From NCBI GenBank assembly GCA_028718605.1, contig JAQULM010000001.1, positions 337,073 through 401,072 on the forward strand: 64,000 bases of DNA, in the 5' to 3' direction. The notes beneath the pieces were generated by a model. It was not told the origin of the DNA and did no database searches. It saw only the letters and a list, made by a program, of their open reading frames with translations. This DNA comes from Patescibacteria group bacterium (GTDB taxonomy: Bacteria; Patescibacteriota; Patescibacteriia; UBA10025; JAHIVO01). Positions 20,508 to 29,295 of this stretch are shown here, piece after piece; position 1 is the stretch's first letter, and every line of letters starts with the position of its first letter. The position numbers and the translations under genes are program-made.

Positions 20508-22268
20508 ATGGATAACTTTTTCTATAAAATCATACGATATCTTTACTGGAGACTCCGCTGGTTGCTCAGTAAATGTAAGGCACTTTTTTTTCAAGTATTT
20601 GCGAACCAGAACAAGGAGCCCCGATATAAATACCATAAACGATTAATTCCTCGGGCAGCGATCGAGGCATTAGCGGCCCAGCCGAAAATATCAGTTATCA
20701 TGCCTGTCTTTAATATCGATTTGAAGTGGCTGAATAAAGCCATCAACTCGGTTAAAAATCAATCATACGCGAATTGGGAGCTGTGTATTGCCGACGATTG
20801 TTCAACAAATGAAAAAACCGTGCGCTTCCTAAAAAATATTCAGGACCAGCGCATACGAATTGTTTTTTTAAAAAAGAACGCCGGAATAGCAGCCGCTTCA
20901 AATGAAGCTTTGAAGCTCGCTTCAGGGGAATATGTCACTTTCCTTGATCATGATGACGAACTTACGCCAGATGCTTTATACGAAGTAGCGAAAAAAATTA
21001 ATGAAACCGGCGCTGAATTAATATACTCAGACGAAGATAAAATTACACCCAGCGGAACGTATATCGATCCGCATTTCAAACCAGACTACTCCCCCGATTT
21101 ATTACTTTCCCAAAATTACATTTGCCATCTATCAGCATACAAGAAACGAATCATCGATGCCCTTGGTGGATTGCGACGTGGCTTCGATGGATCGCAAGAC
21201 CATGATTTGCTGTTGAGGTTTACCGAAAAAACTGCTGCAATATCACATATTTCAAAAGTGCTCTACCACTGGAGAGCAGTCCCGGGATCAGTTGCCCACA
21301 CCTTCTCCTCGAAATCATATGCCTGGGAAGCGGGCCAAAGGGCATTGCAGGAAGCATTGTATAGAAGAAATATTGGCGGTACGGCATTCAGAGGCAAATT
21401 CCCAGGCACGTATCGAATAAAGAGAACCATAAAGAAAAAACCCTTAATCAGCATTATCATTCCGTTTAAAAATCACGTCAGTGAATTAAAAAAACTAATA
21501 CACTCGATCACAACGAAATCAACGTACGATAATTTTGAAATTATTGGCATTGATAATAACAGCACAGAACAAGAAACGATCGATTTTATCAAAGCGATAC
21601 AAAAACAGGATGCGAGAATAAAAATATTCGCCGACAACGCCCCGTTCAACTACTCTCGGCTCAATAATTATGGTGCTTCACGCGCACGCGGGGAACATCT
21701 CCTACTACTGAATAATGATACCGAAATTATCTCCCCCGACTGGATAGAGCGCTTGCTTTGCCATTCACAGCGGGACGAAGTAGGAATTGTGGGTGCAAAA
21801 CTTTACTATTTCAACAACACGATCCAGCACGCAGGAATCATTATTGGAATCGGCGGCGTTGCGGGGCACCCGCATAAATTTCTCGATAAAAAACAGCGTG
21901 GCTACATGTGTAGGCCTCATTTGACGCAGAACGTATCAGCAGTTACAACCGCATGCGCTATGATAAAAAGTTCCCTGTACAAGCAACTGGGGGGGCTGGA
22001 TGAAAAAAACCTGCCAATCGCGTTTAATGATGTTGATTTCTGTTTAAGGCTCCGCGAAAAAGGTTACCTGAATATTTTCACTCCCGAATGCGAGCTCTAC
22101 CATTATGAATCAAGGTCAAGGGGGCAGGAAGATTCTCAGGAAAAGAAGGACCGCTTCGCCGGTGAAGTCCGCTTTATGCAAAAACGACATCAGGCAATAG
22201 TAAGTGCTGGCGACCCCTACTACAACCCGAACCTCACCTTGGAAAATGAAAACTTTTGGTTGAAGTAA
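20508..22268 (+). CDS. dual-domain GT2 glycosyltransferase (RfbC-like)
   Basis: Two GT2 domains (ISVIMPVFN..DDCS..LDHDD..GSQDHD and ISIIIPFKN..FNYSRLNN..LLNND..NDVDFCL); C-terminal DPYYNPNL. Confidence 0.92.
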   Translation: MDNFFYKIIRYLYWRLRWLLSKCKALFFQVFANQNKEPRYKYHKRLIPRAAIEALAAQPKISVIMPVFNIDLKWLNKAINSVKNQSYANWELCIADDCSTNEKTVRFLKNIQDQRIRIVFLKKNAGIAAASNEALKLASGEYVTFLDHDDELTPDALYEVAKKINETGAELIYSDEDKITPSGTYIDPHFKPDYSPDLLLSQNYICHLSAYKKRIIDALGGLRRGFDGSQDHDLLLRFTEKTAAISHISKVLYHWRAVPGSVAHTFSSKSYAWEAGQRALQEALYRRNIGGTAFRGKFPGTYRIKRTIKKKPLISIIIPFKNHVSELKKLIHSITTKSTYDNFEIIGIDNNSTEQETIDFIKAIQKQDARIKIFADNAPFNYSRLNNYGASRARGEHLLLLNNDTEIISPDWIERLLCHSQRDEVGIVGAKLYYFNNTIQHAGIIIGIGGVAGHPHKFLDKKQRGYMCRPHLTQNVSAVTTACAMIKSSLYKQLGGLDEKNLPIAFNDVDFCLRLREKGYLNIFTPECELYHYESRSRGQEDSQEKKDRFAGEVRFMQKRHQAIVSAGDPYYNPNLTLENENFWLK

Positions 22269-22333
22269 TTCCAGTTTCTGCACCAAAAATCCAGGATCGG
22301 CTATAATCCCGGTTAATTATATACTACTAACAT

Positions 22334-23221
22334 TTACTTTTTCTTTTGAAACGGTATTTTTGTTTTTACTTTGTGCAAGAATGTAGCAATTTTCCAGCTT
22401 CGGGAATTGTAAATAGTTTGAATTTCAGCTTCAAGCTTGCCCATTTTTTGCTGAGCGCGCGCGCGTTCTTGCTGAAGCTCAAACACCTGCGCGTCCAATC
22501 TATTGAGCTTCGTGCCGTCGCCAATAACAATCGAGCTGCGAACCGTCTGACCGATCGGCTGTTTGCTGCATACGCCGAGAATGTATCGATGCTGCTCGGG
22601 ATTCTGGCTCACGGACCTATACACATCGATGTTCTTGATGCAGGCATCAGTCTTCTCCTGCAATTGATCTTCCGAAGAGATACCATCGCTTATAATATTG
22701 TTTTGATAGAAAAAACATAGGTGGGGGAAATACTGCGCGAGAAATGCTTTAAATCCCTGCAACGTAAATTCCTTTTTATGGAACTGGTTTCCTGAAGGAT
22801 AGACGGGCACGTTGGGGGTTGAAATTATCAGCATTCCCGCATCTTTCAAGACGCGCCGCACTTCCTTCAAAAAAACGTCTTGGCCTCCGAAATGTTCGAT
22901 TGTTTCGAACGAAACGACGATATCGACTGAATGGTCATCCAAAGGGATTGCATGGGCGTCGCCTACGAGATACCGGGTTCGTGCTGTTGAATAGGTCTTG
23001 TTAGAATAGCGGATAGCTTCATCTGAAGAGTCAACACCAATAACCCTCGCAGCGCCATGATCTGCCAAGTATTTCGACCCGTACCCGCTGCCGCAGGCGA
23101 TATCGAGGACTGTTTTATTTTTTACAAATTGGGCAGCAAAAGCATAACGAGCTATATGCTCCAAATAATAAGGCTCCTCTTTATCAAATTCTGGGATCAT
23201 ACGCTCACCCGTTGATTTCAT
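22334..23221 (-). CDS. class I SAM methyltransferase with C-terminal coiled coil
   Basis: TGER.IP, EH.ARY, VLDIACGSGYG and SFETIEH; C-terminal heptad region ending in NSRSWKI. Confidence 0.85.
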   Translation of the reverse strand: MKSTGERMIPEFDKEEPYYLEHIARYAFAAQFVKNKTVLDIACGSGYGSKYLADHGAARVIGVDSSDEAIRYSNKTYSTARTRYLVGDAHAIPLDDHSVDIVVSFETIEHFGGQDVFLKEVRRVLKDAGMLIISTPNVPVYPSGNQFHKKEFTLQGFKAFLAQYFPHLCFFYQNNIISDGISSEDQLQEKTDACIKNIDVYRSVSQNPEQHRYILGVCSKQPIGQTVRSSIVIGDGTKLNRLDAQVFELQQERARAQQKMGKLEAEIQTIYNSRSWKIATFLHKVKTKIPFQKKK

Positions 23222-23222
23222 A

Positions 23223-23915
23223 CTACGCTTTATCAATGATGAAAATATACCGCAATGGCACTCCTGAATTGAATAATGAAAATAGTGGATTAAAAAATGT
23301 AAAACTCTTCATTGTTTTATGAGCGAAAAATCTCGGGAATCTGAATTGCATCGTAATTAAATAATACCATATACGGATGTTTGCATTCTTTTTTATTTGT
23401 ATGCGCAATGAATCGCCTCCCGCAGTGCTTTTGATATAGTGGATAATTTCGTCTCGATCCGGATGACCATACTTGAGATGCTGGTCGAGCATCTCGAGCT
23501 TTTCAACATGATGCCCGTAGTAATAATCTCCAAACCTTTTTACCATCTTCCAGCCTTCGCGTCCACATGGCACTGCCAAGATTATTCTTTTCTTTGTAAC
23601 GCGTATCAGCTCTCCAATCATTGCTTTCTTGTCTGCCGGTTTTTCGATATGCTCGATGGCGTCAACGCAAATTGAAATATTGAAAAAATTATCTGGATAC
23701 TGAAGATTCGTTCCGCGAGATCTTACGTTTGTAACATTTGGCAGAGTACTCCCGCTTTCGATAAAATCATAATTAATGAATTTGCATTCAGGCATCAATT
23801 CTCCGATTCCGCCGAGGACCCCACCCCCTACTTCTAACACCTCCTGCCTCCGATAATCGGCAACTTCTCGGATTGCCTTGACGACAGGAATATACCGCTG
23901 TAATGTATCGAGCAT
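23223..23915 (-). CDS. class I SAM methyltransferase
   Basis: VLEVGGG, LQYPDNFF, DAIEHI and ELIRV. Confidence 0.8.
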   Translation of the reverse strand: MLDTLQRYIPVVKAIREVADYRRQEVLEVGGGVLGGIGELMPECKFINYDFIESGSTLPNVTNVRSRGTNLQYPDNFFNISICVDAIEHIEKPADKKAMIGELIRVTKKRIILAVPCGREGWKMVKRFGDYYYGHHVEKLEMLDQHLKYGHPDRDEIIHYIKSTAGGDSLRIQIKKNANIRIWYYLITMQFRFPRFFAHKTMKSFTFFNPLFSLFNSGVPLRYIFIIDKA

Positions 23916-23921
23916 ATATTT

Positions 23922-25127
23922 TTAAAACCTCCACGTATACGGGAACTGAATAAAGCCGAAATACTTTTTTTGATTTTCATTTGCGATATAAAATCGGAAA
24001 ATTCTTTCAACTCTGTCAAAAATCAAATCTCCGCTTTTGTCGGCGACTGCAGGCGTAACATAGTACATGCCATCGAGGAACGGGTTGTTTTGGATAATAA
24101 ACTCAACCTGTTTTTCACCCTCAACTTTTTCTACCACCAAATGGTCGATGCCCATATTGATGCCTGAAAGCAGTAAGCCCTGCTCGTTTGCAAACTCTAA
24201 GCCAAAAATGACGTTATGCACTGCCCGATTTGTTTTACAAAAAATTTTGATGCGTATTGTTTCACCCGTTTTAAAAGTTTTTTTCTCCTCACCTTGCTCA
24301 TTAGAAAAAGCTACTTTAGTAATATAAATCCCGCTTGTCGCCCGTGCCTCGATATTTTCTGGCGTCGTGTCAGTAAATGATTGGCCATATGCAGTAATCA
24401 TCTCCCTCGGTTTTCCGATATTTTTCACCTTTCCGCCCTCAATAAATACAACGCGATCACAAAATCTTTCGATCGAACCCAAATCGTGGCTTACGAAAAT
24501 AATGGTCTTTTTCTCGCGCTTTAGCCTATCAAATGTGTTGAAGCATTTTCTCTGGAAATCTGCATCCCCAACCGCTAAGACTTCGTCGACGAGCAAAATA
24601 TCAGCGTCTGACTGTATTGCCGTAGAAAACGCAAGCCGTACCTGCATACCTGAAGAAAAGTTCTTCAGCTTCTGGTCTACAAAGTTTTCAAGTTCTGCAA
24701 ATTTAATAATGCTATCGAACTTCTGATCGATCGCCGTGCGCGATAGTCCAAGAATTGCTCCATACAGGTACACATTCTCCCGCGCCGTCAAATCTGGTTG
24801 AAAACCTACGCCAAGTTCAAGGAAGGGGGCTATCGAACCAAGTACGGCAATTCTGCCAGAATTCGGCTGCAAAATCCCAGCGATAATTTTTAAAAGCGTT
24901 GATTTTCCGGATCCATTGCGGCCGATGATTCCGAGAAATTCCCCCTCCCTCACACTGAATGAAACTTCCCGAAGCGCATGAAACTGTTCATAGGTGCGGT
25001 GACTGAATGCGCTCACAAAATACTCCTTGAGCGTGGTTTTACGTTCATGGGGGATTTTGAAAACCTTAGTTATTTTATTTATTTCAATAATCGTTTCGAC
25101 CATACACTTTCTTTTCTTCTCAACCAA
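23922..25127 (-). CDS. wzt: polysaccharide ABC exporter ATPase with C-terminal Wzt_C domain
   Basis: GRNGSGKST, FSSGMQVRLAF and DEVLAVGDADFQRKC, plus a ~150-aa beta-sandwich C-terminal extension. Confidence 0.92.
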   Translation of the reverse strand: MVEKKRKCMVETIIEINKITKVFKIPHERKTTLKEYFVSAFSHRTYEQFHALREVSFSVREGEFLGIIGRNGSGKSTLLKIIAGILQPNSGRIAVLGSIAPFLELGVGFQPDLTARENVYLYGAILGLSRTAIDQKFDSIIKFAELENFVDQKLKNFSSGMQVRLAFSTAIQSDADILLVDEVLAVGDADFQRKCFNTFDRLKREKKTIIFVSHDLGSIERFCDRVVFIEGGKVKNIGKPREMITAYGQSFTDTTPENIEARATSGIYITKVAFSNEQGEEKKTFKTGETIRIKIFCKTNRAVHNVIFGLEFANEQGLLLSGINMGIDHLVVEKVEGEKQVEFIIQNNPFLDGMYYVTPAVADKSGDLIFDRVERIFRFYIANENQKKYFGFIQFPYTWRF

Positions 25128-25146
25128 GATTGGCTTGGAACACGTA

Positions 25147-25875
25147 TTAGACTTTCTTTAATAATAATACAATATTTATCTCATATAAGTTCGAATCGAG
25201 TATTATAAAATTAGAAAGCTCCCGCTGCAACCATTGCATGAAGGCCATGAATGATTGATAGTCCCAAACATGCACGTGAATGCTTGCTTGCCCGCGATAC
25301 GCCCCTTCGCATTGGAACGTGTCAGTAATCTCATTAACCGTCACCATAAAATCCTCGTAGTGACCACGCGAAACACTCGTGGTTTTCTGATTAAAATCAT
25401 CCTGCAAATGCTGCAGCGGAGTGCGCTGCCGGTTTTTGTCAAACGTGAAACGCTTGTCAGGAACTACGATATACACCATGCCTCCCTTTTTAACGACCCT
25501 GAGCCATTCCTGTATCGCGCTCCCAGGGTCCGGAAGGTGCTCAAGCAAGTGCGAGTTACACACAAAATCAAGTGAATTATCTGGAATCGTGTCGAGATTC
25601 TGGGCGTTGCAGATATAATCCACATGTATAATTTTATCATTGGGGACATTCTTATGCGGCTTATAAATCTCTTTCAATTTCTCCGTGCTTGCTACATCAA
25701 CATACCGCATCATCGTATTTGAATTAATAGGAAATGGTGACGCAAGCGCACCAATTTCAATTCCTTCCCCAGAAAAATGATCATGCACGAATTCTTTCCA
25801 ATTCGGTCCAATAATTTTATAACTTCCAACCAACCGTTCTCGCCATTTATTGAGTAACGCCTGAATACGTCTCAT
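25147..25875 (-). CDS. class I SAM methyltransferase
   Basis: GIEIGA, SLDFV..SH.LEH.PDP, W.RVVKKGG and VPDKRFTFD. Confidence 0.85.
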   Translation of the reverse strand: MRRIQALLNKWRERLVGSYKIIGPNWKEFVHDHFSGEGIEIGALASPFPINSNTMMRYVDVASTEKLKEIYKPHKNVPNDKIIHVDYICNAQNLDTIPDNSLDFVCNSHLLEHLPDPGSAIQEWLRVVKKGGMVYIVVPDKRFTFDKNRQRTPLQHLQDDFNQKTTSVSRGHYEDFMVTVNEITDTFQCEGAYRGQASIHVHVWDYQSFMAFMQWLQRELSNFIILDSNLYEINIVLLLKKV

Positions 25876-25925
25876 TTGAAAGGCTTTCGGTTATTTTTTT
25901 ATTACACGATCCCGAATAATTCACG

Positions 25926-26693
25926 CTATAAATCCTCAGCAAAATACGGCTCCCGTTTTTTAAACACGAGGTACCCGACAACGAATAGTGCGATTGCCAT
26001 AAAGAATGATGCGATAACTCCCTTCAAATCAGGGGCAATTCCATAAATAACGACGTCCCGTGAATATTTTATAATCCGTGTCATCGGGTTCATGAAATAC
26101 CAGAAATGGTATTTCGCGGGAATCATGCTCATAGAGTAAATAATCGGCGTCGCCCAAAAACCGATCTGAAGCATGACCTCCCAGATATGGGACAGATCGC
26201 GGACTTTTATATTCAATGCGGAGATGAGCAGCCCAAGCCCCGTGGTGATCAAATAAAGTTCAAGCAGAAGGAGCGGAAATAATACTACGGTCGCGTGTAC
26301 CGGAACGCCGCTGGCAATAAAAAAAATCATAAACACGATAAGATTCAGGAAAAGCGTAATCAGGGAAGTAACCGTGGAGGCAACCACGATAATGGTGCGC
26401 GGGAATGACACGCGTGCAATCAAACCGCCTTTGTTCACCAAATTACTGATAGCGGTAGTCGTGCCTTCAGCGAGGTACCCCCAGAGAATAACGCCAAGCA
26501 GCAAATACAGGTTGTACTGCGCAATATCGAACCGCATGAATACAGAAAAAACCAAATACAAGACGCCGAAAAGGAGGAGCGGCTTTACCAGTGACCACAG
26601 GTACCCGAGCACGGATCCCTGGTACCGGAGCTTGAAATCCGCGATGGCAAGTTCGCGCACCAGGTTCCAGTATCGTTGGCGTTTTATCGTCAT
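25926..26693 (-). CDS. wzm: polysaccharide ABC exporter permease
   Basis: DFKLRYQGSVLGYLWSL, FWATPIIY, NPM and FAE.L; ABC-2 TM pattern. Confidence 0.92.
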   Translation of the reverse strand: MTIKRQRYWNLVRELAIADFKLRYQGSVLGYLWSLVKPLLLFGVLYLVFSVFMRFDIAQYNLYLLLGVILWGYLAEGTTTAISNLVNKGGLIARVSFPRTIIVVASTVTSLITLFLNLIVFMIFFIASGVPVHATVVLFPLLLLELYLITTGLGLLISALNIKVRDLSHIWEVMLQIGFWATPIIYSMSMIPAKYHFWYFMNPMTRIIKYSRDVVIYGIAPDLKGVIASFFMAIALFVVGYLVFKKREPYFAEDL

Positions 26694-26797
26694 GATGCGA
26701 AAATGGAGAATACTGTTTCGTAATTCCTATTGTACCACTGTAATAACCGTTTTTCAACGGTATCATCCGCCGTAGCGCTCCACGAAGGCGAACAAAT

Positions 26798-26835
26798 TCA
26801 AAAAGTGCCTGCACATTCTATGAGGCACTTTTTGA
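26798..26835. terminator. bidirectional-type intrinsic terminator after the major pilin
   Basis: TCAAAAAGTGCCT...AGGCACTTTTTGA inverted repeat. Confidence 0.75.
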
Positions 26836-26871
26836 TATGGAATAACTTACCTTCTACTTACTTGCCAAGTC

Positions 26872-27372
26872 CTATCCGCAAGTTCCTGCATCTGGAGAAT
26901 TGTCTCCGGACGTACCGTCAGACTTGATCCAGAAGTGTGTACTGCCGTCGCCGCCCTCGAGCGGTGTTGTCAGCACAAAGTCCTGCCAATCCTCACCAAC
27001 AGCTCCACAGGTTTGGTACGTATAGTGGTTGGTCGCATCATTGACCGGATCCTCCACCGCTTTACTAATATACTCACTGCAGATCGGATTCGCAGCTAGG
27101 TCGGTCGTACAGTCAGTATTGAAGATCGAGCCGTCTGCGTCCTGAACAGTGCTCACATCACCATCGTCAGTTACATCAGACGGATACGCATTTTGATGAT
27201 CATCAGCATACAGCACCAGCGCGGTCTTGACCTGTGAGAGGTCGGACTTTCTGGTTGCGTCGCGCGCCTTTTCACGGGCGCCGTTCAACGCGACCAAGCC
27301 GATGGTTGCCAAGATACCGATGATGGCAATAACGACCAATAACTCAATAAGGGTGAAACCTTTCCTTCTCAT
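26872..27372 (-). CDS. pilA: probable major type IV pilin
   Basis: MRRKG|FTLIELLVVIAIIGILA; strong SD GGAGGTG; own promoter and terminator, as expected for a highly expressed monocistronic pilin. Confidence 0.85.
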   Translation of the reverse strand: MRRKGFTLIELLVVIAIIGILATIGLVALNGAREKARDATRKSDLSQVKTALVLYADDHQNAYPSDVTDDGDVSTVQDADGSIFNTDCTTDLAANPICSEYISKAVEDPVNDATNHYTYQTCGAVGEDWQDFVLTTPLEGGDGSTHFWIKSDGTSGDNSPDAGTCG

Positions 27373-27565
27373 TTCCTCTTCACCTCCTCTCGTGACCCAG
27401 GAACACGAGCACGCACTCTCCGCATATGCTGGCTGTTCACAGATCACGGATCCGAAATTGATCCGTGGGCTGCCAGTGCGAAACGATATGCTTCCCGTAG
27501 TATTCCCGAGGGATATTACTTATTAAAAGAAAAGAACGATGAAGTAGTACCCAAAGTATAAAATA

Positions 27566-27594
27566 ATAGTATCACATTTTCGGGCAAAAGTCAA
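27566..27594 (-). promoter_or_regulatory. sigma70 promoter of the major pilin
   Basis: TTGACT-17 nt-TACTAT with extended -10 TG; implies a ~185-nt 5' UTR. Confidence 0.7.
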
Positions 27595-27627
27595 TGTACA
27601 ACACCCACTTTTCCACAGCATTTTCGC

Positions 27628-28833
27628 CTATATCGCGCCTGATAAGTTGTATATCGGAAGGATGATTGCCGTTACCAGAAAGCCGACGGCGATGCCGAGA
27701 ATGACCATAATCACCGGCTCGATCAGGGCTGTCAAGTTTTTCAATGAATTTTCAAGTTCCCTCGTATAAAAATCAGCGACTTTCATCAGTATCCGGTCAA
27801 GCTGGCCGGATTGCTCTCCGACGACCATCATCTGCGAGAGCATCAGGGGCACGTCTTTGCTTTTCATGAACAGCGTGGTGATGGACGACCCCCCCTCAAC
27901 CACCCGAATCGTTGCCTTGGTCAAGTCTTGATAAATAGTATTGCCGATAACATCTGCCACAATATCGAGCGACCGTGTCAACGGCACGCCGGAGGTGAGC
28001 AGGGTCGAGAGCGAACGTGCAAAGCGCGCTAAATACATTCTGGTGAAAATTGCACCGACTATCGGTACGCGAATTTTCATCTTATCGATGACGTGCTGGC
28101 CAGCCGCGGTCTTTTTATACGACCGGAAACCAACGACACAGCCAGCGACGATTGCGGAAATAATCCACCAGTAATTCCGGATTACATCGCTGAACCCGAT
28201 CAGGATTTTCGTCGGCAGGGGCAGGGCAACGCCGCCGGCCGTGAGAATTTCCGTGATTTGGGGCAGAACAAAGATGACCATCATCACGCCGACGCCAAGC
28301 AAGGCGCAAAAAATGAACGCGGGGTAGATCATCGCGCCTTTTGCCTTGCCGCGCATGTCATAATCCTTTTCCTGCTGGTCCGCGAGATAGTCGAGGATTT
28401 CGTCCAACCGTCCGGTGGTTTCTGCGGAACGGACCATCTGTATGAAAAAATTGCCGAATTCCTTCGGGTACTTGCCGAGCGCTTGCGACAGCTTCGCGCC
28501 GCCGTCAACTTCATCCGCAACGTCAGAGATAATCCGCTCGAACTGTTTATTTTGCGTCTGCCGCGCCAGCACCTTGAGCGCCCGGACAAGCGGGACATTC
28601 GACGTCATCATGACTGAGATCTGCCGTGCGAAGACAACAATATCTTTCGGCTTCACGCGACTGCCGACCTGGAAGCCCTTGAGGAACGGCAACGCATGAT
28701 GCTCTTTCAGTGATACAATAAACAACTGCTTGTCACGCAGAATTCCGTACGCGATATTTTCGCTCGGCGCGACCACGACGCCGCTGATCAGGTCGCCACC
28801 TGGATTCCGTGCTTTATAACTATACTCGGCCAT
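27628..28833 (-). CDS. pilC: T4P platform protein PilC/GspF
   Basis: FARQIS.M, AMIYP, RFARSLSTLL.SGVP, GEQSGQL and LIEP; two T2SSF domains. Confidence 0.95.
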   Translation of the reverse strand: MAEYSYKARNPGGDLISGVVVAPSENIAYGILRDKQLFIVSLKEHHALPFLKGFQVGSRVKPKDIVVFARQISVMMTSNVPLVRALKVLARQTQNKQFERIISDVADEVDGGAKLSQALGKYPKEFGNFFIQMVRSAETTGRLDEILDYLADQQEKDYDMRGKAKGAMIYPAFIFCALLGVGVMMVIFVLPQITEILTAGGVALPLPTKILIGFSDVIRNYWWIISAIVAGCVVGFRSYKKTAAGQHVIDKMKIRVPIVGAIFTRMYLARFARSLSTLLTSGVPLTRSLDIVADVIGNTIYQDLTKATIRVVEGGSSITTLFMKSKDVPLMLSQMMVVGEQSGQLDRILMKVADFYTRELENSLKNLTALIEPVIMVILGIAVGFLVTAIILPIYNLSGAI

Positions 28834-28864
28834 AGAATATCTTGGGTTTGGATAAGTAAAAAGT

Positions 28865-29254
28865 TTACTTGCGCATGATGCCCTTCATCTTCGTGACAAC
28901 TTCAGATGGCATGAAATGCGCCTTGATCAGGTAATCAGATGCGCCAAGATCGAGGCCCTTCTGGACATCATCGCGCTGTCCCAAATTCGTCAGAAGAATC
29001 ACGGGGACATCTTTCGTGCTCGAATCCTCCTTCAAGCTCTTCAATACGTCAAATCCGCTCATTTTCGGAAGCACGACATCGAGTAAGATTATATCCGGGT
29101 TATGCTCTTTTGCGAGCCGCAAGCCCTTTTCGCCATCCGACGCAAGCTGCACGTCGAATCCTTCCAGGTTGAGCTTCGTGACGTACATGCCGGCGAGAAA
29201 TTCATCGTCCTCGACGAGCAAAATTTTAATTTTTTTTACTTTTGTGTCTGCCAT
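28865..29254 (-). CDS. single-domain response regulator within the T4P operon
   Basis: ILLVEDD, LLDVVLPKMSG, LLTNLGQ and DYLIK. Confidence 0.9.
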   Translation of the reverse strand: MADTKVKKIKILLVEDDEFLAGMYVTKLNLEGFDVQLASDGEKGLRLAKEHNPDIILLDVVLPKMSGFDVLKSLKEDSSTKDVPVILLTNLGQRDDVQKGLDLGASDYLIKAHFMPSEVVTKMKGIMRK

Positions 29255-29295
29255 ATGCCTTCTTGCGTTAATGATAGTTATTGAATGCGAATTAT

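Noticed and set aside
27609-27617. DnaA-box-like TTTTCCACA
   Set aside because: Single mismatched copy with no cluster or dnaA context.
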